From the IMG/VR virus record IMGVR_UViG_3300019373_000270: 64,000 nt of DNA. The stretch is one strand, 5' to 3'. Below are positions 10,954 through 21,976 of the stretch, in pieces. Below the pieces are notes generated by a model that had not been told where the DNA came from, did not search any database, and saw only the letters and a list, made by a program, of their open reading frames with translations. Positions within the stretch are counted from its first letter, which is position 1; each line of letters starts with the position of its first letter. A program made the translations under genes and the position numbers. Origin of the DNA: an uncultured virus (IMG/VR IMGVR_UViG_3300019373_000270). Lineage: Duplodnaviria > Heunggongvirae > Uroviricota > Caudoviricetes.

Positions 10954-11169
10954 ATGATCAATAGGTCACAAAGAATGATACTTATGAAGAAATTTAGTTA
11001 CTACTACCAAGTGGAAAAAGTAACGAAGACAAAGAAGAAAGAATTATCGGCTTCACTGCTCGATGATGATGATATCAGGTTACATAGGCTTATACTGGAG
11101 TTAGAGCCTGCTACTGAAATCGGGCAGAAAATATACGATGAGATACTTTACGAAGTACAAATGATGTAG
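10954..11169 (+). CDS. Hypothetical protein
   Basis: GGAGGTG SD, first gene of operon. Confidence 0.5.
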   Translation: MINRSQRMILMKKFSYYYQVEKVTKTKKKELSASLLDDDDIRLHRLILELEPATEIGQKIYDEILYEVQMM

Positions 11170-11183
11170 GGAGGAAAAACATA

Positions 11184-12467
11184 ATGAAAGAATTGACGGA
11201 GAAATATACAAAAACGGGAACAGATGTTGACGAATTCTATGGCGAAATAAACGCCATGGATGAAAGAACATCGTATCATAAGATAATGATGAGTTCAATT
11301 ACTTTGCTGCATATTTGCAACGAGAAAGAGAACGAAAATTTCAAGATCAACCCGGAAGATGTTCCGGAGAATAAGTGGGTAGTGGTGCCTCTGAACCCGA
11401 ATAATGAAAGCGGGGAAGAAAGGCCTCTGCTTCTTGATAAACATAAAACGATTCCGGCAGGAGGAGAATCAAGCGAACAGCTTCTCAGGGAAATCAACGA
11501 AATAGGTACACTTGTGGCTTTTACGTTGGAAGGTAAAACCGAAGCCTTACCTATGTCCGTATGGGCTTATAAGGATCTGGCAGACAGAGCCGGTATTCTT
11601 TGTCCAAAAATAATGGACAAGTCGCTCGACAAGAGCAAATGGCTGAGTGAAAATCTTGACAATTCAATAGTTACTCTGACAATAAGAAAGTCCGAAGATG
11701 GCAGAATAAAAAAGATCTTTGCTGTCAGAGGACGGATATTTGAAGGGCAGAAACAAGGACCTTACATCAAAAGAGCGCAGACTCTTCTTGAAACCGAAGG
11801 CGGACTTGGAAGATCTGTTTGTGACAAGTGGGAAATCACGAACGAAAACATAGCTGTAACGTTCTCCTTTCCTGAAAAGACAGCTGAAATTCAGGAAATG
11901 TATCCCGCTTTGCCTGAGGATATAACCCCTATAGTGGATATTTATACGTCCGACATAGGAAAGTCAGCATTCCATGTAACATCCGGCTTTATGGTCGGAA
12001 AAACAAGGATCGTCACAAAAGACGGCTCTATCAGCGCAGAACACAACAAGAATTTCAAGTTGTCTTCTGTCATGGAGAAAGTCGAAAAAAATATATTCAA
12101 GCAATATAATTCCATTCCAAAGGAATTAGCAAGACTGTTGGGGATTGAGATCACTGACATGGCTGCAGCCATAGAAGAGGTTCTGAATTACACAGGAATT
12201 GAAAAAGTTTCCGGAATGAAAACAATTGCGGCGAATATAAAAACACTGCTGTGTACAGAACTGTCACTCGGTTCCAACACGGCATACGATCTTGTCAACG
12301 CACTAATTACCAGTCCTACCAGACTGGTAATGACAAAAAAGACTTCCGGAGAGCTTAAGGTCATTCCGGAGTCAACAATGAAGACCTTAAATGAAATATT
12401 AAGCAGAAGTATTTTCTGTCCGTTTGAATGCGAAACGGTAGAATATGATCTGCTCCCCGAAGAGTGA
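11184..12467 (+). CDS. DUF932-like mobile-element protein
   Basis: IYTSDIGKSAF...SAEH resembles the DUF932 S-x-DGxSA...H motif; strong SD. Confidence 0.45.
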   Translation: MKELTEKYTKTGTDVDEFYGEINAMDERTSYHKIMMSSITLLHICNEKENENFKINPEDVPENKWVVVPLNPNNESGEERPLLLDKHKTIPAGGESSEQLLREINEIGTLVAFTLEGKTEALPMSVWAYKDLADRAGILCPKIMDKSLDKSKWLSENLDNSIVTLTIRKSEDGRIKKIFAVRGRIFEGQKQGPYIKRAQTLLETEGGLGRSVCDKWEITNENIAVTFSFPEKTAEIQEMYPALPEDITPIVDIYTSDIGKSAFHVTSGFMVGKTRIVTKDGSISAEHNKNFKLSSVMEKVEKNIFKQYNSIPKELARLLGIEITDMAAAIEEVLNYTGIEKVSGMKTIAANIKTLLCTELSLGSNTAYDLVNALITSPTRLVMTKKTSGELKVIPESTMKTLNEILSRSIFCPFECETVEYDLLPEE

Positions 12468-12553
12468 TCTGTTGGTCAAAAGAGCCTTGTGTTTTCAAGG
12501 CTCTTAAACTATATATAATTTTGTGGCAAACGAAAAATCTTATATAATTAATT

Positions 12554-13315
12554 ATGGAGGAAACAATAATGGAAAAAATCAAGGTCTATTCACCGATATT
12601 GGGAAAAGAAGTATCATTCGAAACTAATAGTCTTGACGGTCCGAAGCACTCATCGATCGAGGAATTCTTTTATAGCATGACAAACTGTCATATAAAAAGG
12701 AATTTCCTCAAAATGGAGCTTGATCATGCCGTTGTAGAAGCTACAGTATGGTCAGATAATCCTCCGAGAACTGTCACGGCGATTGGTGAAGCTACGGCTT
12801 TATCTCTCACAAACGACATTGCAAAAGCAAATCCGGTTATAACAGCAGATAACCGAGCATTTGACAGGGCTGTATTAAAGTATCTCGGACTTAATAACAT
12901 ATACGCCGCCTCGGAGAACGTAAAACAGGAGAATTTGAAGGCGTTGATTGAATCGGACGCTCCGATCAGCATTTCAGAACCAATACCCGAAGAACCATCT
13001 GTACCTTCTATCGGTTCATTCGAAGAATATGCTGCCGATAATATTGTAGCAGGCGTAAGCGAAGAAGAAGAGTTTTACTCTCTTTCGAAGGAGAAATGTT
13101 ATTTGAAATCCTACGTAGGAAAAAATGGTACTCCGGGTTATCCTCCTCATGGGTGGATACTGAAACACCATCCTAATGACATCATCCAGATGATCAAAAT
13201 AGCCTCTCACTTGAACCCCGAAGACATAAAATACACGGATCCCGAAAGGGCGGAGGTACTTATAAAATTTAACAGGTTCATTGAACTTGGAAAGAAGCTC
13301 GGCCACATACTATAG
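12554..13315 (+). CDS. Hypothetical protein, possible Rad52/Sak-like ssDNA annealing fold
   Basis: AVVEATVW...VTAIGEA...TADNRAFDRAVLKYLGL resembles the Rad52-like core. Confidence 0.4.
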   Translation: MEETIMEKIKVYSPILGKEVSFETNSLDGPKHSSIEEFFYSMTNCHIKRNFLKMELDHAVVEATVWSDNPPRTVTAIGEATALSLTNDIAKANPVITADNRAFDRAVLKYLGLNNIYAASENVKQENLKALIESDAPISISEPIPEEPSVPSIGSFEEYAADNIVAGVSEEEEFYSLSKEKCYLKSYVGKNGTPGYPPHGWILKHHPNDIIQMIKIASHLNPEDIKYTDPERAEVLIKFNRFIELGKKLGHIL

Positions 13316-13372
13316 TTAATGAAGGGAGGCCGTAAAAGCCTCCCTATTTTTTTAGAAAGGAAAGAACACATC

Positions 13373-14227
13373 ATGTATAGATCATATACTTATAAAGAAC
13401 ACACAAACAAATGTATGAGCATGGTAAAATCAGGGGTACCAATATGCATCATCGACCTTGAAACAACAGGAAAATCGGCAAAAAATAGCTATATTTTCCA
13501 GTTTGCCGGTATTAAATGCATCATGGACGAAAATATGATACTGAGAGTGAAAGATAATCTTTCAGTTTTTATCAAACCGGAAATACAATTGACTGAAAAA
13601 ATAGAAGAAATGACAGGATTTACAAATGATGATCTTATAGACAAACCAAAAGAACAGACAGTTTTTCCTTATATTAAACGATTTATGGACAATTGTATCA
13701 TGTGCAGTCACAATACCGCTTTTGAAGAGAGTTTTATGACAGCAATGTATGCAAGAAACGGGTGTGTTTTTCAGCCGATTGAGATCCTGGACACGCTTAA
13801 AATGAGCAGAGATCTTCATAAGGACGAAAAGGTCCACAAACTCGGAGTGATAGCAGAAAGGTACGGGATAGCTGAGGGTGTTCATTTTCATGATGCCAGA
13901 GGAGATACGATCGTATGCGGAAAGCTGCTTTCTCGATTTCTTATGGAATACAACGAAGTAAAAAATGAAGTTCAGACAGATAAAATCATACCCAAAGTTC
14001 TTTCAATCTCGTACTGGGAAGGAAAAAGGCATGACCAAAGGAGAATATACATTTTTACAAACCTTGGTACTGTGTGGTTTTCTGTAATCGATCATACGTG
14101 GGGAGAGAAAGATAGAGGAACAATAGAAAAAATTAACATGGATGATCTTATCAGACAGGTACTTGCATACACAAAAGCGGATAGTTTGATAGAATTTTCT
14201 AAGTTTAAGGGGAGTTTGAAATGTTGA
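13373..14227 (+). CDS. DEDDh 3'-5' exonuclease (DnaQ/PolC-exonuclease-like)
   Basis: IIDLETTG, SHNTAFE, LDTL, HDARGD motifs. Confidence 0.9.
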   Translation: MYRSYTYKEHTNKCMSMVKSGVPICIIDLETTGKSAKNSYIFQFAGIKCIMDENMILRVKDNLSVFIKPEIQLTEKIEEMTGFTNDDLIDKPKEQTVFPYIKRFMDNCIMCSHNTAFEESFMTAMYARNGCVFQPIEILDTLKMSRDLHKDEKVHKLGVIAERYGIAEGVHFHDARGDTIVCGKLLSRFLMEYNEVKNEVQTDKIIPKVLSISYWEGKRHDQRRIYIFTNLGTVWFSVIDHTWGEKDRGTIEKINMDDLIRQVLAYTKADSLIEFSKFKGSLKC

Positions 14228-14661
14228 TAGCTTTACTGATAGCCTCTGTAACAGACATAAAAAAGAAAGAGATCCCAATTTTTCTCTTTCCGTCATTTAC
14301 AGTGATGTTTCTCATAGTAAATCACGCAACGATCAGCATAATAAATTCTCTGTTAGGATTTTTTATCGGTCTGGTAGCTTTTTCCTTCCTTGCCTGGAAA
14401 TTTTCAGGCGGGGGAGGGGATATAATTATGATGAGTTGTTTGGGAGCTGCTTATGGAGCTAGAATATTATCATATGTTATTGTTCTCTCATCATTCATCA
14501 TGCTTTTCTATTATTTGTTAAGAAAAGACAAAGACAAAAAACTGATCGTGCCTTACGCACCATTTGTAACATTGTCTTTTATAATATTAGTTTTATTTGG
14601 AGGTATAATATATGGCTTCACTGATAACAGGTTTCTGGAAAACTGTAAATTTTTATTGTAA
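14221..14661 (+). CDS. Second prepilin peptidase (A24 family)
   Basis: SVTDIKKKEIP, GGGDI, VPYAPF motifs. Confidence 0.85.
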   Translation: MLIALLIASVTDIKKKEIPIFLFPSFTVMFLIVNHATISIINSLLGFFIGLVAFSFLAWKFSGGGGDIIMMSCLGAAYGARILSYVIVLSSFIMLFYYLLRKDKDKKLIVPYAPFVTLSFIILVLFGGIIYGFTDNRFLENCKFLL

Positions 14662-14974
14662 AAATCATCCTGAACATCCAATGGTACTGCGGCAGGGCGC
14701 TTACAGTGCTTATTACGGTTGTGAACACGAATTCGACGATAAAGAACCTTGCCACAACAGATTGAATTTGATCGACGCAGAAAAGGCACTCCAAAAGTTG
14801 ATGGATAATATCACAGGGGCGGCACTGATGGATGACATGCCTGATCTCACGAACTATAAGTTCTCAAAAAATGGCATAGACTATAAGGTGATCAATCATG
14901 ACACATACAGCGACAGTATATCGCTTTTGGTTGATAACCAAAAGATAATGATGGGAAAAGCGAAAGAAATATAG
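14612..14974 (+). CDS. Hypothetical protein with Cys/His (possible Zn) motif
   Basis: CKNH...YYGC...C; GGAGG SD. Confidence 0.55.
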   Translation: MASLITGFWKTVNFYCKNHPEHPMVLRQGAYSAYYGCEHEFDDKEPCHNRLNLIDAEKALQKLMDNITGAALMDDMPDLTNYKFSKNGIDYKVINHDTYSDSISLLVDNQKIMMGKAKEI

Positions 14975-15067
14975 AAAATAGAGGGGCTGATTTTTAGCCC
15001 TTTTATTTTTTTAAAAAAATCTGATATAATAATTATAAATGATAAAATACTAAGCAGGTGAATTGAA

Positions 15068-15457
15068 ATGAAAATAAAAAAGAATGAACCTACAGCCGCA
15101 AGTATGCTGATAACACAGTACGCAAGAGAGAGAGGAATGTCAATAGAAGATATTTCTAAACAGACAGGCATCTCTTATTCTCACGTTACTAATTTGCTTA
15201 ACGGAGTAAGAGATATAACGCCTAAAAACGCAAAAAAATTTTATACCGCACTTAAACTTTCGAAGGAAGAACAGCTCGCGTTAAAGGAAGCCATCTTCAT
15301 CTCCAACAAAAACATTACTGTATCGACAAAAAATAAAAAGGAGTATGTATTAAAACTCTTATATTGGATAGTTGTTAAAAGCAACACTCTTTCTATTACA
15401 CAAGCAGAAAAATGCATGGATATAGTCAGATACGGAAAATATCTTGAAAAAGACTAA
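15068..15457 (+). CDS. XRE-family HTH regulator
   Basis: GMSIEDISKQTGISYSHVTNLLNGVRDIT. Confidence 0.85.
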   Translation: MKIKKNEPTAASMLITQYARERGMSIEDISKQTGISYSHVTNLLNGVRDITPKNAKKFYTALKLSKEEQLALKEAIFISNKNITVSTKNKKEYVLKLLYWIVVKSNTLSITQAEKCMDIVRYGKYLEKD

Positions 15458-15485
15458 AAAAGACCGCACGATGCGGTCTTTTTTT
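15456..15485. terminator. Bidirectional intrinsic terminator
   Basis: AAAAAAGACCGCA-CGA-TGCGGTCTTTTTT. Confidence 0.85.
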
Positions 15486-16524
15486 AATAACATCTAAACG
15501 AATTGATCACATTTTGAATAGTAACTGTGAGTTCAGATGTAACAGCCACCTCTGTATCAAATGATAAATTATATTCAAATCCGTTATTGACAATTATATA
15601 CTGCTGCAGATTCAGTTTCTGACCATTCAGCATGTATTCACCTGTTATAGCTATTTTCTGTCCGTCGTTGCTGAAATTAGTCAGCATAAAATCGGGCTTG
15701 GATTGTGAAATATAGTTGATATATTCTATCTGTGATATATTTTCCAGCGAAGCAGCCGCTTCGTTGACTGTGATGGTAAAGGAAGCTGAACCTTCCTGAT
15801 TTGTCATAACTATCGTGTTCCCGGATTCACCGTAATTCCACCCTTCGGGAAAACCAAATTCAAAATTACCATAAGAAATGTATTTTGGTGTTATACCCTC
15901 CGGAATAGGATCAGATTTTTTCCACTCGAACGAATTTACTATATATTTAAGAGTTTTATTCATCTGTTCATCGTTGTAATACTTTATGTCTACACAGAAA
16001 TTTAGCTTGATGATCGCTGAGTAATCCCAGAATGAATATTCTATGTATCCATAGTCGGAAGAACAATATGAAACGAAATAACTTGAATTTGTCGGCTTTG
16101 AGTATTCTCTGACTTCCATTCCGTTTGCTGAAGCTTGCTGTATCAAAAAATTTTCGTCCACAGTATTTATCTGAGGATCATACGTCAAAACATTGACTTG
16201 CAGCTTTGTTCCTGTTTGCTTATTGATGAACGATACATCGCTGCCGGAACCGTTTACTTTACTCCACGATTCAGGGATCATAAAAGAAAAACTATAGGTA
16301 TCGTCAGAATACAGAACTGTATTTTCAGATAATTCTATATTATCATCTTTGTTTATATCTTTAACTGAAGATGATGAATTGTCGCTGCTTTGGTTCTCTA
16401 CATAACCTTTCAGGTTGTTCGATGAACCTTTTATTATTATTAGAGAGATCACTAAAATTACAGCAACGAATGGGATCACCCACTTGTATCGGCTTAGTTC
16501 GAACTGATCGTCATTAAAATCCAT
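15484..16524 (-). CDS. Membrane-anchored protein with two PsbP/DcrB-like domains
   Basis: N-terminal TM; duplicated FSFMIPESW / FEFGFPEGW ... IVNSF / VINSF. Confidence 0.6.
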   Translation of the reverse strand: MDFNDDQFELSRYKWVIPFVAVILVISLIIIKGSSNNLKGYVENQSSDNSSSSVKDINKDDNIELSENTVLYSDDTYSFSFMIPESWSKVNGSGSDVSFINKQTGTKLQVNVLTYDPQINTVDENFLIQQASANGMEVREYSKPTNSSYFVSYCSSDYGYIEYSFWDYSAIIKLNFCVDIKYYNDEQMNKTLKYIVNSFEWKKSDPIPEGITPKYISYGNFEFGFPEGWNYGESGNTIVMTNQEGSASFTITVNEAAASLENISQIEYINYISQSKPDFMLTNFSNDGQKIAITGEYMLNGQKLNLQQYIIVNNGFEYNLSFDTEVAVTSELTVTIQNVINSFRCY

Positions 16525-16643
16525 ATCGATTCCTCCTTCTTGTATTATTATATAAGAAAATTATTTTTATTTGTAATTTCTATCAGAACTAAAAATCTAC
16601 TATAATTAGAATAGTTGTAATTACCCGAAAGGAGAAAAAAGAT

Positions 16644-19600
16644 ATGGCAAAATCGTTAGCAAACAGTATGGGTCTGCAGAATGATGTTTTTTCTGATCCT
16701 AAATTTCAGAAAAACATTGATGCAAGCATGGAAAAAGCAATAGCTATAATAGACTCAGAAGGCTTCAGAAAGGATCTCAATGACTTTCTCGTTGAACATA
16801 AGGATTCTATTGTCAGATACGACGAGGAACGCAACTGTTTTACAGTAGTTAATAAGGGAGTAGATACGTCTGAGATCACTGAACATGCGACAAAAGCAGA
16901 GCTTACAGCGGCATTTATTGATCAGTTCAACGCAGTCGGTGATGTTTTAAAAAATCTTGACAAGGAATTACCGAATAATACAGAACTGAAGAAAGCATTT
17001 GAAGAAAACAATGCGGACATAAGCGACTTCCTGGATATAATACATTCAGACCGTTTTGCAGATATATGCAATAATATTCCTGAATTAAAGGGAGAAGCTA
17101 TCAATACTTTTAAAAACTCACTGGTAGAACTCTCTGACAGAGCAGACAGAATAAATGCTGCAATAGCTGTATCCAATAATTATGCACATTTGGACAGTCG
17201 TAATGTATTCAGACAATTTCAGGATCTGAAACTCAAAATAATTGCAAAAGAAAATAATCTCCCTCTTAATGGCAAGTATGTTCCTTCCGGCGATATATTT
17301 ATGTCTGCATACAGGCTTTGTAATAGTCTGACACTTGACAATGTTATTCTCAGTGCCATAGAAAAATACATCGATCACCTTGAGGGGATCGATAATGTGT
17401 ACGACCTTGAACGATACTATAAAACCGGATCAGTTGATAAAACAGAGAATAACGATATTGCCTTTAGTCTGGATAACGGAACAGTTTTGTCTGCTAATGA
17501 CACTATTGATTTTACGGAAAAGAAAATCGGCAATGTAAAAATGACCGATCTTGTTGGCGTAAAACTCGGTAATGTTGATCTGACTGATAAATACGGCAGA
17601 ACAAATGTTGTAACAGATGACAGAAACCGCATTGTCGTTGACGGAAAAGTGACTATTGCTATTAAGAGTTTTATCTCAAACGACATAAGAGACGGACTCT
17701 CTTCTGACTATCTGTCCAAAATGGCATATACAGATAAAGAAGGGAATTCAAAAGTCAGAGGTTTTGATTCCCCGGTCGTTGTCGGATATAAGATAATAGA
17801 CGTAGAATCAAAACAAACAGAGATCGTTGACGTCAAGGGAAATCATATTTGCGGTGAAACATTCAGGACTGATTTTTATGATCTTAAACTCGATGCGGAT
17901 CAAAAATATCTGTACTCCATAAAAGATAAAGATGATCTCGATAAGCTCACAGGCACTCTGGCTGATAAGCTCGAACCCGGTAGATCAGATGTTGAAAGGG
18001 AATATGACAAAATAGAAAAAAGGATAGATAACATTGATTCTATTCTCAATGACCCTAAATCATCAATAACAAGCGATGAAAAAGAGAAACTCGAAACGTT
18101 CAAAACTGAACTTGAAAATGATAAAGCTGTTTTATCGTTGGAAAAGGGAAGTACAGATAAAGAACGTATAGAACTGGCGGATAAAAAAGCTGAAGTTTGT
18201 CAAAAAGATCATTCAGAAACAGAGATAGAGAGTAAGTACAAAGAAGAAACCGCATGGAACAAGGTGGAAGCGGCTATTGAAAAGGAAGAAAAGGGAGAAG
18301 CAACAAAAGACGAAGTAAACGATGCCAGAAAAGAATATATAGAAAGTTCTGAACTATCCCAAAACGATAAAGACACTTTAGTGAAATGCTTTGATACCGA
18401 ACCTAAGGAAACAGACAGTAGGATCAAAGATGTTTCCTTTGAAGATAAGGCAGCTGTGTCGGAGATCATAGAGAAAATATACGGAAAGGATATCGAAGGT
18501 TCATCTAAAGATGATTTTGAGTCCGAAATATTCAAAAAATCTGTCGATAATGATTATGAATTCAAGTCTGATACGATAGAACGAAATAATGACAGAAACG
18601 ATATTGAAAGCTCTGAAAAAAGAAATGATACTGAAAAAACAAAAAATTATGAACTTGGCACAGTTAAGATCGATGAAAGCACAAAGGTCGTAAGAGAAGA
18701 TAATAAGTATTATCTTAAAAGCGCCAATGAAAAGATCTCCGTTTCAGATATCGGAGCAGTTACCAAAAACAGAATTGAAGTTATTTCCCAAAAAGGGTAT
18801 AATAACATTGTTTCATTTAAAGGCGGTAATGTAGTAAATGATGGGAAACTCGTTGTAGCTGTTAAGGGGTATATTGAGCAACCGGATAGATTATCTGCTG
18901 ATTTCAAGGATAAAATGACCCACAACGACAAAACAGCAGGCATTGACAGACCTATCACATTAGGATACGCAGTTTTTGATCTTGATTCCGGAAAGACGGA
19001 ATATCGTGATCTCCGTTTTGAGCACAAAGCCGGAGATGATATTGATATTGACAAAAAAACTGTATCTTTTTCGAGAGAGCAATCTTCTTTTCTTGAATAC
19101 AGACCTGAAGAAAAAGTCGGTATAAAAAACGATGACGTAAAAGAACTTACCGTTATCTTTGAATCGAAGATATCTTTATCCGACAAAGATATCGATGATA
19201 AGGTCGAAACGATAAACGAAAAGATAGCTGAGCTTGAATCGATAAAAAATTCGGATTTTATTTCTGCTGATGAAAAAGCAGAAATAGAAGAAAAAATCAG
19301 CAGCCTTGGCAGTACGATAGAAGAGTTAAAGTCGGATAATGTTGACTTTTCTGATAAGCTGAAGATCTACAATGAAGATATAACAGCAACTAAGGCGGAA
19401 ACTGACCATAAAGAAGATATTCTCAGACAGAACATGCATGACGGTTCTCATGACTATGTTGATTCAAGAATTGACTATATCGGGTCTTTGTCTTTGTCTG
19501 ACGATGACAAGCAAAAGCTCTATAATGCCGTCAGCAAGGATTTTTCTTCTTTTGATCAGGCACTTAAAGATAAAACCTTTGATGACCCTGATAAAATAAA

Positions 19601-21899
19601 AACGGCAATCAATGAAATGTATCATAAAGAGATAACTTACAGTGATCCTGATGAGTTTCGTTCGGATGTGTGCAAAGATACTTATGAGCAGGTTTTGACA
19701 GATAGTGCCGAAAAAATCGAGTATGAAAAGACCGATGACGGTGCAAAGGTCAGCTTTTTCAAAGATGATAAAGAATATAGGACAGATACGATAGATAAGT
19801 CGGGCAATATCGTCCAGCGAGATGAATATCACGTCAGAGATGACCGTACTTATTTTACAGTGACCCGTGACTCTGACGATAAAATGGTCGAAGCCAAAAA
19901 CTATGACAGCGACAGCAAGCTCATCGGAACTATCCTCTATGATGATAATGAAGAGATCATTGAGAAGAGTGAATATGATTATCGTGATGATGGTTCTTAC
20001 ATCATAGAATACTTTGATAAAGAAGATAATCTAACAAAAGCTCAGACCTTTGACAGTGAAGGAAATGTCGAAAAAAATATAATAGCAGAATACGATAATG
20101 ATAAAATTTCAGCTGTCAGCACCTATGACAAAGACTTCAGACTTATCGAAAAAGAATATTATGACGATAATGCCGCTGTCGAAAAGACCGAGATCTATAA
20201 GTACAATGATGACGGTTCTGTTGAGGTTGAATCGTATGATAAGGACAACAATCTTATCTCCGCTGACGATAAGCCGGATACAGCAGACGTTGTTGAAACT
20301 GCAGATGATACAAAGGATATCGTAGCTGACAGCAAGGAAGATAATATTAGAGCAGGCATCGAACAAGCTATCGACCGAATAAAAGACGGAGCGATAATCG
20401 ATAATGACAGTAAGATAAACAAAAACAAAATAAATGCGGTTGTCACTTCAATAGAAAGAACATCCGAAACCATCAAGGATATTATCTCATCAAAAACAGA
20501 AAAAAATGTTGACCCCGGAAAGATATCCGGGCTGATAATAGATACGATCTTGGAGTCCGGAGTGGACTTCGATAAGAAGCCTGCTCAGATATCAAACTAC
20601 CTTGAAACAGTCGAACACGGAGTATCTGATGAACCTCTGATAGCCAGAAATATAGATAAAGCGATGGACGATCCTGCTGTTATTTCTGATATTACAGTCG
20701 GAGATACAGACTATAAGACCGAATGGCTCAGTATTGAAGGTACAGAGGAAGATAAGATAGCTACGCTGATCGATGTGATCGCAGAACATGCCATAGACAA
20801 TGACAACGCAGCTGAAGTTTCCGGAATAATTTCAAAGATAAACTCTGATACTCCTGAAATAAACGCAAACGCTTTTGCCGAAGCAGTAAGCAGCTTGGAA
20901 GAAAACAACAGCGATGTTGTAAATGTAATAAAAACTGAGTTTCTGGGCATGGAATACGATGGCTTCAACGATATAGAAAAGAAAGTCGATCATACATCTA
21001 TGGTCAAAATGGAGATCGACTTTCAGGTATCGGATAATGATGACCGCATAGCTGAATCATGCAAGGATGACCAGAAGGCTATGATATCAGAGTTTGTCGA
21101 TGATAAAACTTACAGTACCTTCGAATTCCTTGACAACTTTATATCAGGTGTTAATTCGGGGGAAGCGAGTAAAGTTGTAAACGGCTCAGAAGAAGTATAC
21201 GAACGCTCTGCACTTAATGATGATAACTTTGAGTCGAGATTTGAAATAATGATGGATAGACTTGCGGAGTATGCTCAAGAAAACCCCGATAAGACAGAAG
21301 GTGTTGCGGATGCACTCTCCAGAATCGCTAAGGATACAGGGTGTATTTCTAAAGTTCAAGTTGCAGCTGAGGAAAGATTTTCCGATCTTGGTATCGACCC
21401 GAAGCCGATCAATGACATCTTCATGTCCCGTATCGACGATATGATAGATAGTATATACGGCGTAACCAGAGATGAAGACGGATACATCGACAAGATAGAG
21501 TTAGATGACGATAAGTTCGAAAAAGCAAAAGCTGACATAGGGGAGATCGTCCATGCTGTTATTGATATAATGATCAGTGATAACGATAATGATATAAAAG
21601 AAACTATTCACGACCTTGTAGACAAAGCTGCGTTTGATGATAGAGATAACGGTGGTCCTGCTCAGGAATCAAGAGGGGATAATACAGGAGTTTATCTTGA
21701 CAGACTTAAGCAAGTCATGTCTGCTGTCAATAACGCCATTGACAACGAGGATAAAAACGCTGTTCGTGAAGAACTTGAAAAGTTCGACTTCGAGCTTAAT
21801 GAGAACGATGAAATATCTGATGTTGACAGGGTAATGGAAGTGTTTTATGAAGATGGCTATCAGGACAGCATGGTAGACAGTGACAGTGAGTTTGATTGA
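16644..21899 (+). CDS. Giant acidic hypothetical protein with internal duplication and YD-like repeats
   Basis: 1751 aa ORF, AAAGGAG SD. Confidence 0.7.
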   Translation: MAKSLANSMGLQNDVFSDPKFQKNIDASMEKAIAIIDSEGFRKDLNDFLVEHKDSIVRYDEERNCFTVVNKGVDTSEITEHATKAELTAAFIDQFNAVGDVLKNLDKELPNNTELKKAFEENNADISDFLDIIHSDRFADICNNIPELKGEAINTFKNSLVELSDRADRINAAIAVSNNYAHLDSRNVFRQFQDLKLKIIAKENNLPLNGKYVPSGDIFMSAYRLCNSLTLDNVILSAIEKYIDHLEGIDNVYDLERYYKTGSVDKTENNDIAFSLDNGTVLSANDTIDFTEKKIGNVKMTDLVGVKLGNVDLTDKYGRTNVVTDDRNRIVVDGKVTIAIKSFISNDIRDGLSSDYLSKMAYTDKEGNSKVRGFDSPVVVGYKIIDVESKQTEIVDVKGNHICGETFRTDFYDLKLDADQKYLYSIKDKDDLDKLTGTLADKLEPGRSDVEREYDKIEKRIDNIDSILNDPKSSITSDEKEKLETFKTELENDKAVLSLEKGSTDKERIELADKKAEVCQKDHSETEIESKYKEETAWNKVEAAIEKEEKGEATKDEVNDARKEYIESSELSQNDKDTLVKCFDTEPKETDSRIKDVSFEDKAAVSEIIEKIYGKDIEGSSKDDFESEIFKKSVDNDYEFKSDTIERNNDRNDIESSEKRNDTEKTKNYELGTVKIDESTKVVREDNKYYLKSANEKISVSDIGAVTKNRIEVISQKGYNNIVSFKGGNVVNDGKLVVAVKGYIEQPDRLSADFKDKMTHNDKTAGIDRPITLGYAVFDLDSGKTEYRDLRFEHKAGDDIDIDKKTVSFSREQSSFLEYRPEEKVGIKNDDVKELTVIFESKISLSDKDIDDKVETINEKIAELESIKNSDFISADEKAEIEEKISSLGSTIEELKSDNVDFSDKLKIYNEDITATKAETDHKEDILRQNMHDGSHDYVDSRIDYIGSLSLSDDDKQKLYNAVSKDFSSFDQALKDKTFDDPDKIKTAINEMYHKEITYSDPDEFRSDVCKDTYEQVLTDSAEKIEYEKTDDGAKVSFFKDDKEYRTDTIDKSGNIVQRDEYHVRDDRTYFTVTRDSDDKMVEAKNYDSDSKLIGTILYDDNEEIIEKSEYDYRDDGSYIIEYFDKEDNLTKAQTFDSEGNVEKNIIAEYDNDKISAVSTYDKDFRLIEKEYYDDNAAVEKTEIYKYNDDGSVEVESYDKDNNLISADDKPDTADVVETADDTKDIVADSKEDNIRAGIEQAIDRIKDGAIIDNDSKINKNKINAVVTSIERTSETIKDIISSKTEKNVDPGKISGLIIDTILESGVDFDKKPAQISNYLETVEHGVSDEPLIARNIDKAMDDPAVISDITVGDTDYKTEWLSIEGTEEDKIATLIDVIAEHAIDNDNAAEVSGIISKINSDTPEINANAFAEAVSSLEENNSDVVNVIKTEFLGMEYDGFNDIEKKVDHTSMVKMEIDFQVSDNDDRIAESCKDDQKAMISEFVDDKTYSTFEFLDNFISGVNSGEASKVVNGSEEVYERSALNDDNFESRFEIMMDRLAEYAQENPDKTEGVADALSRIAKDTGCISKVQVAAEERFSDLGIDPKPINDIFMSRIDDMIDSIYGVTRDEDGYIDKIELDDDKFEKAKADIGEIVHAVIDIMISDNDNDIKETIHDLVDKAAFDDRDNGGPAQESRGDNTGVYLDRLKQVMSAVNNAIDNEDKNAVREELEKFDFELNENDEISDVDRVMEVFYEDGYQDSMVDSDSEFD

Positions 21900-21976
21900 A
21901 TCGGAATTATTAGCTGCTGATTTTTATCCTTTCGGCAGCTAATAATTGTATTTACAAATGAAAGGAGAACTTCCGT

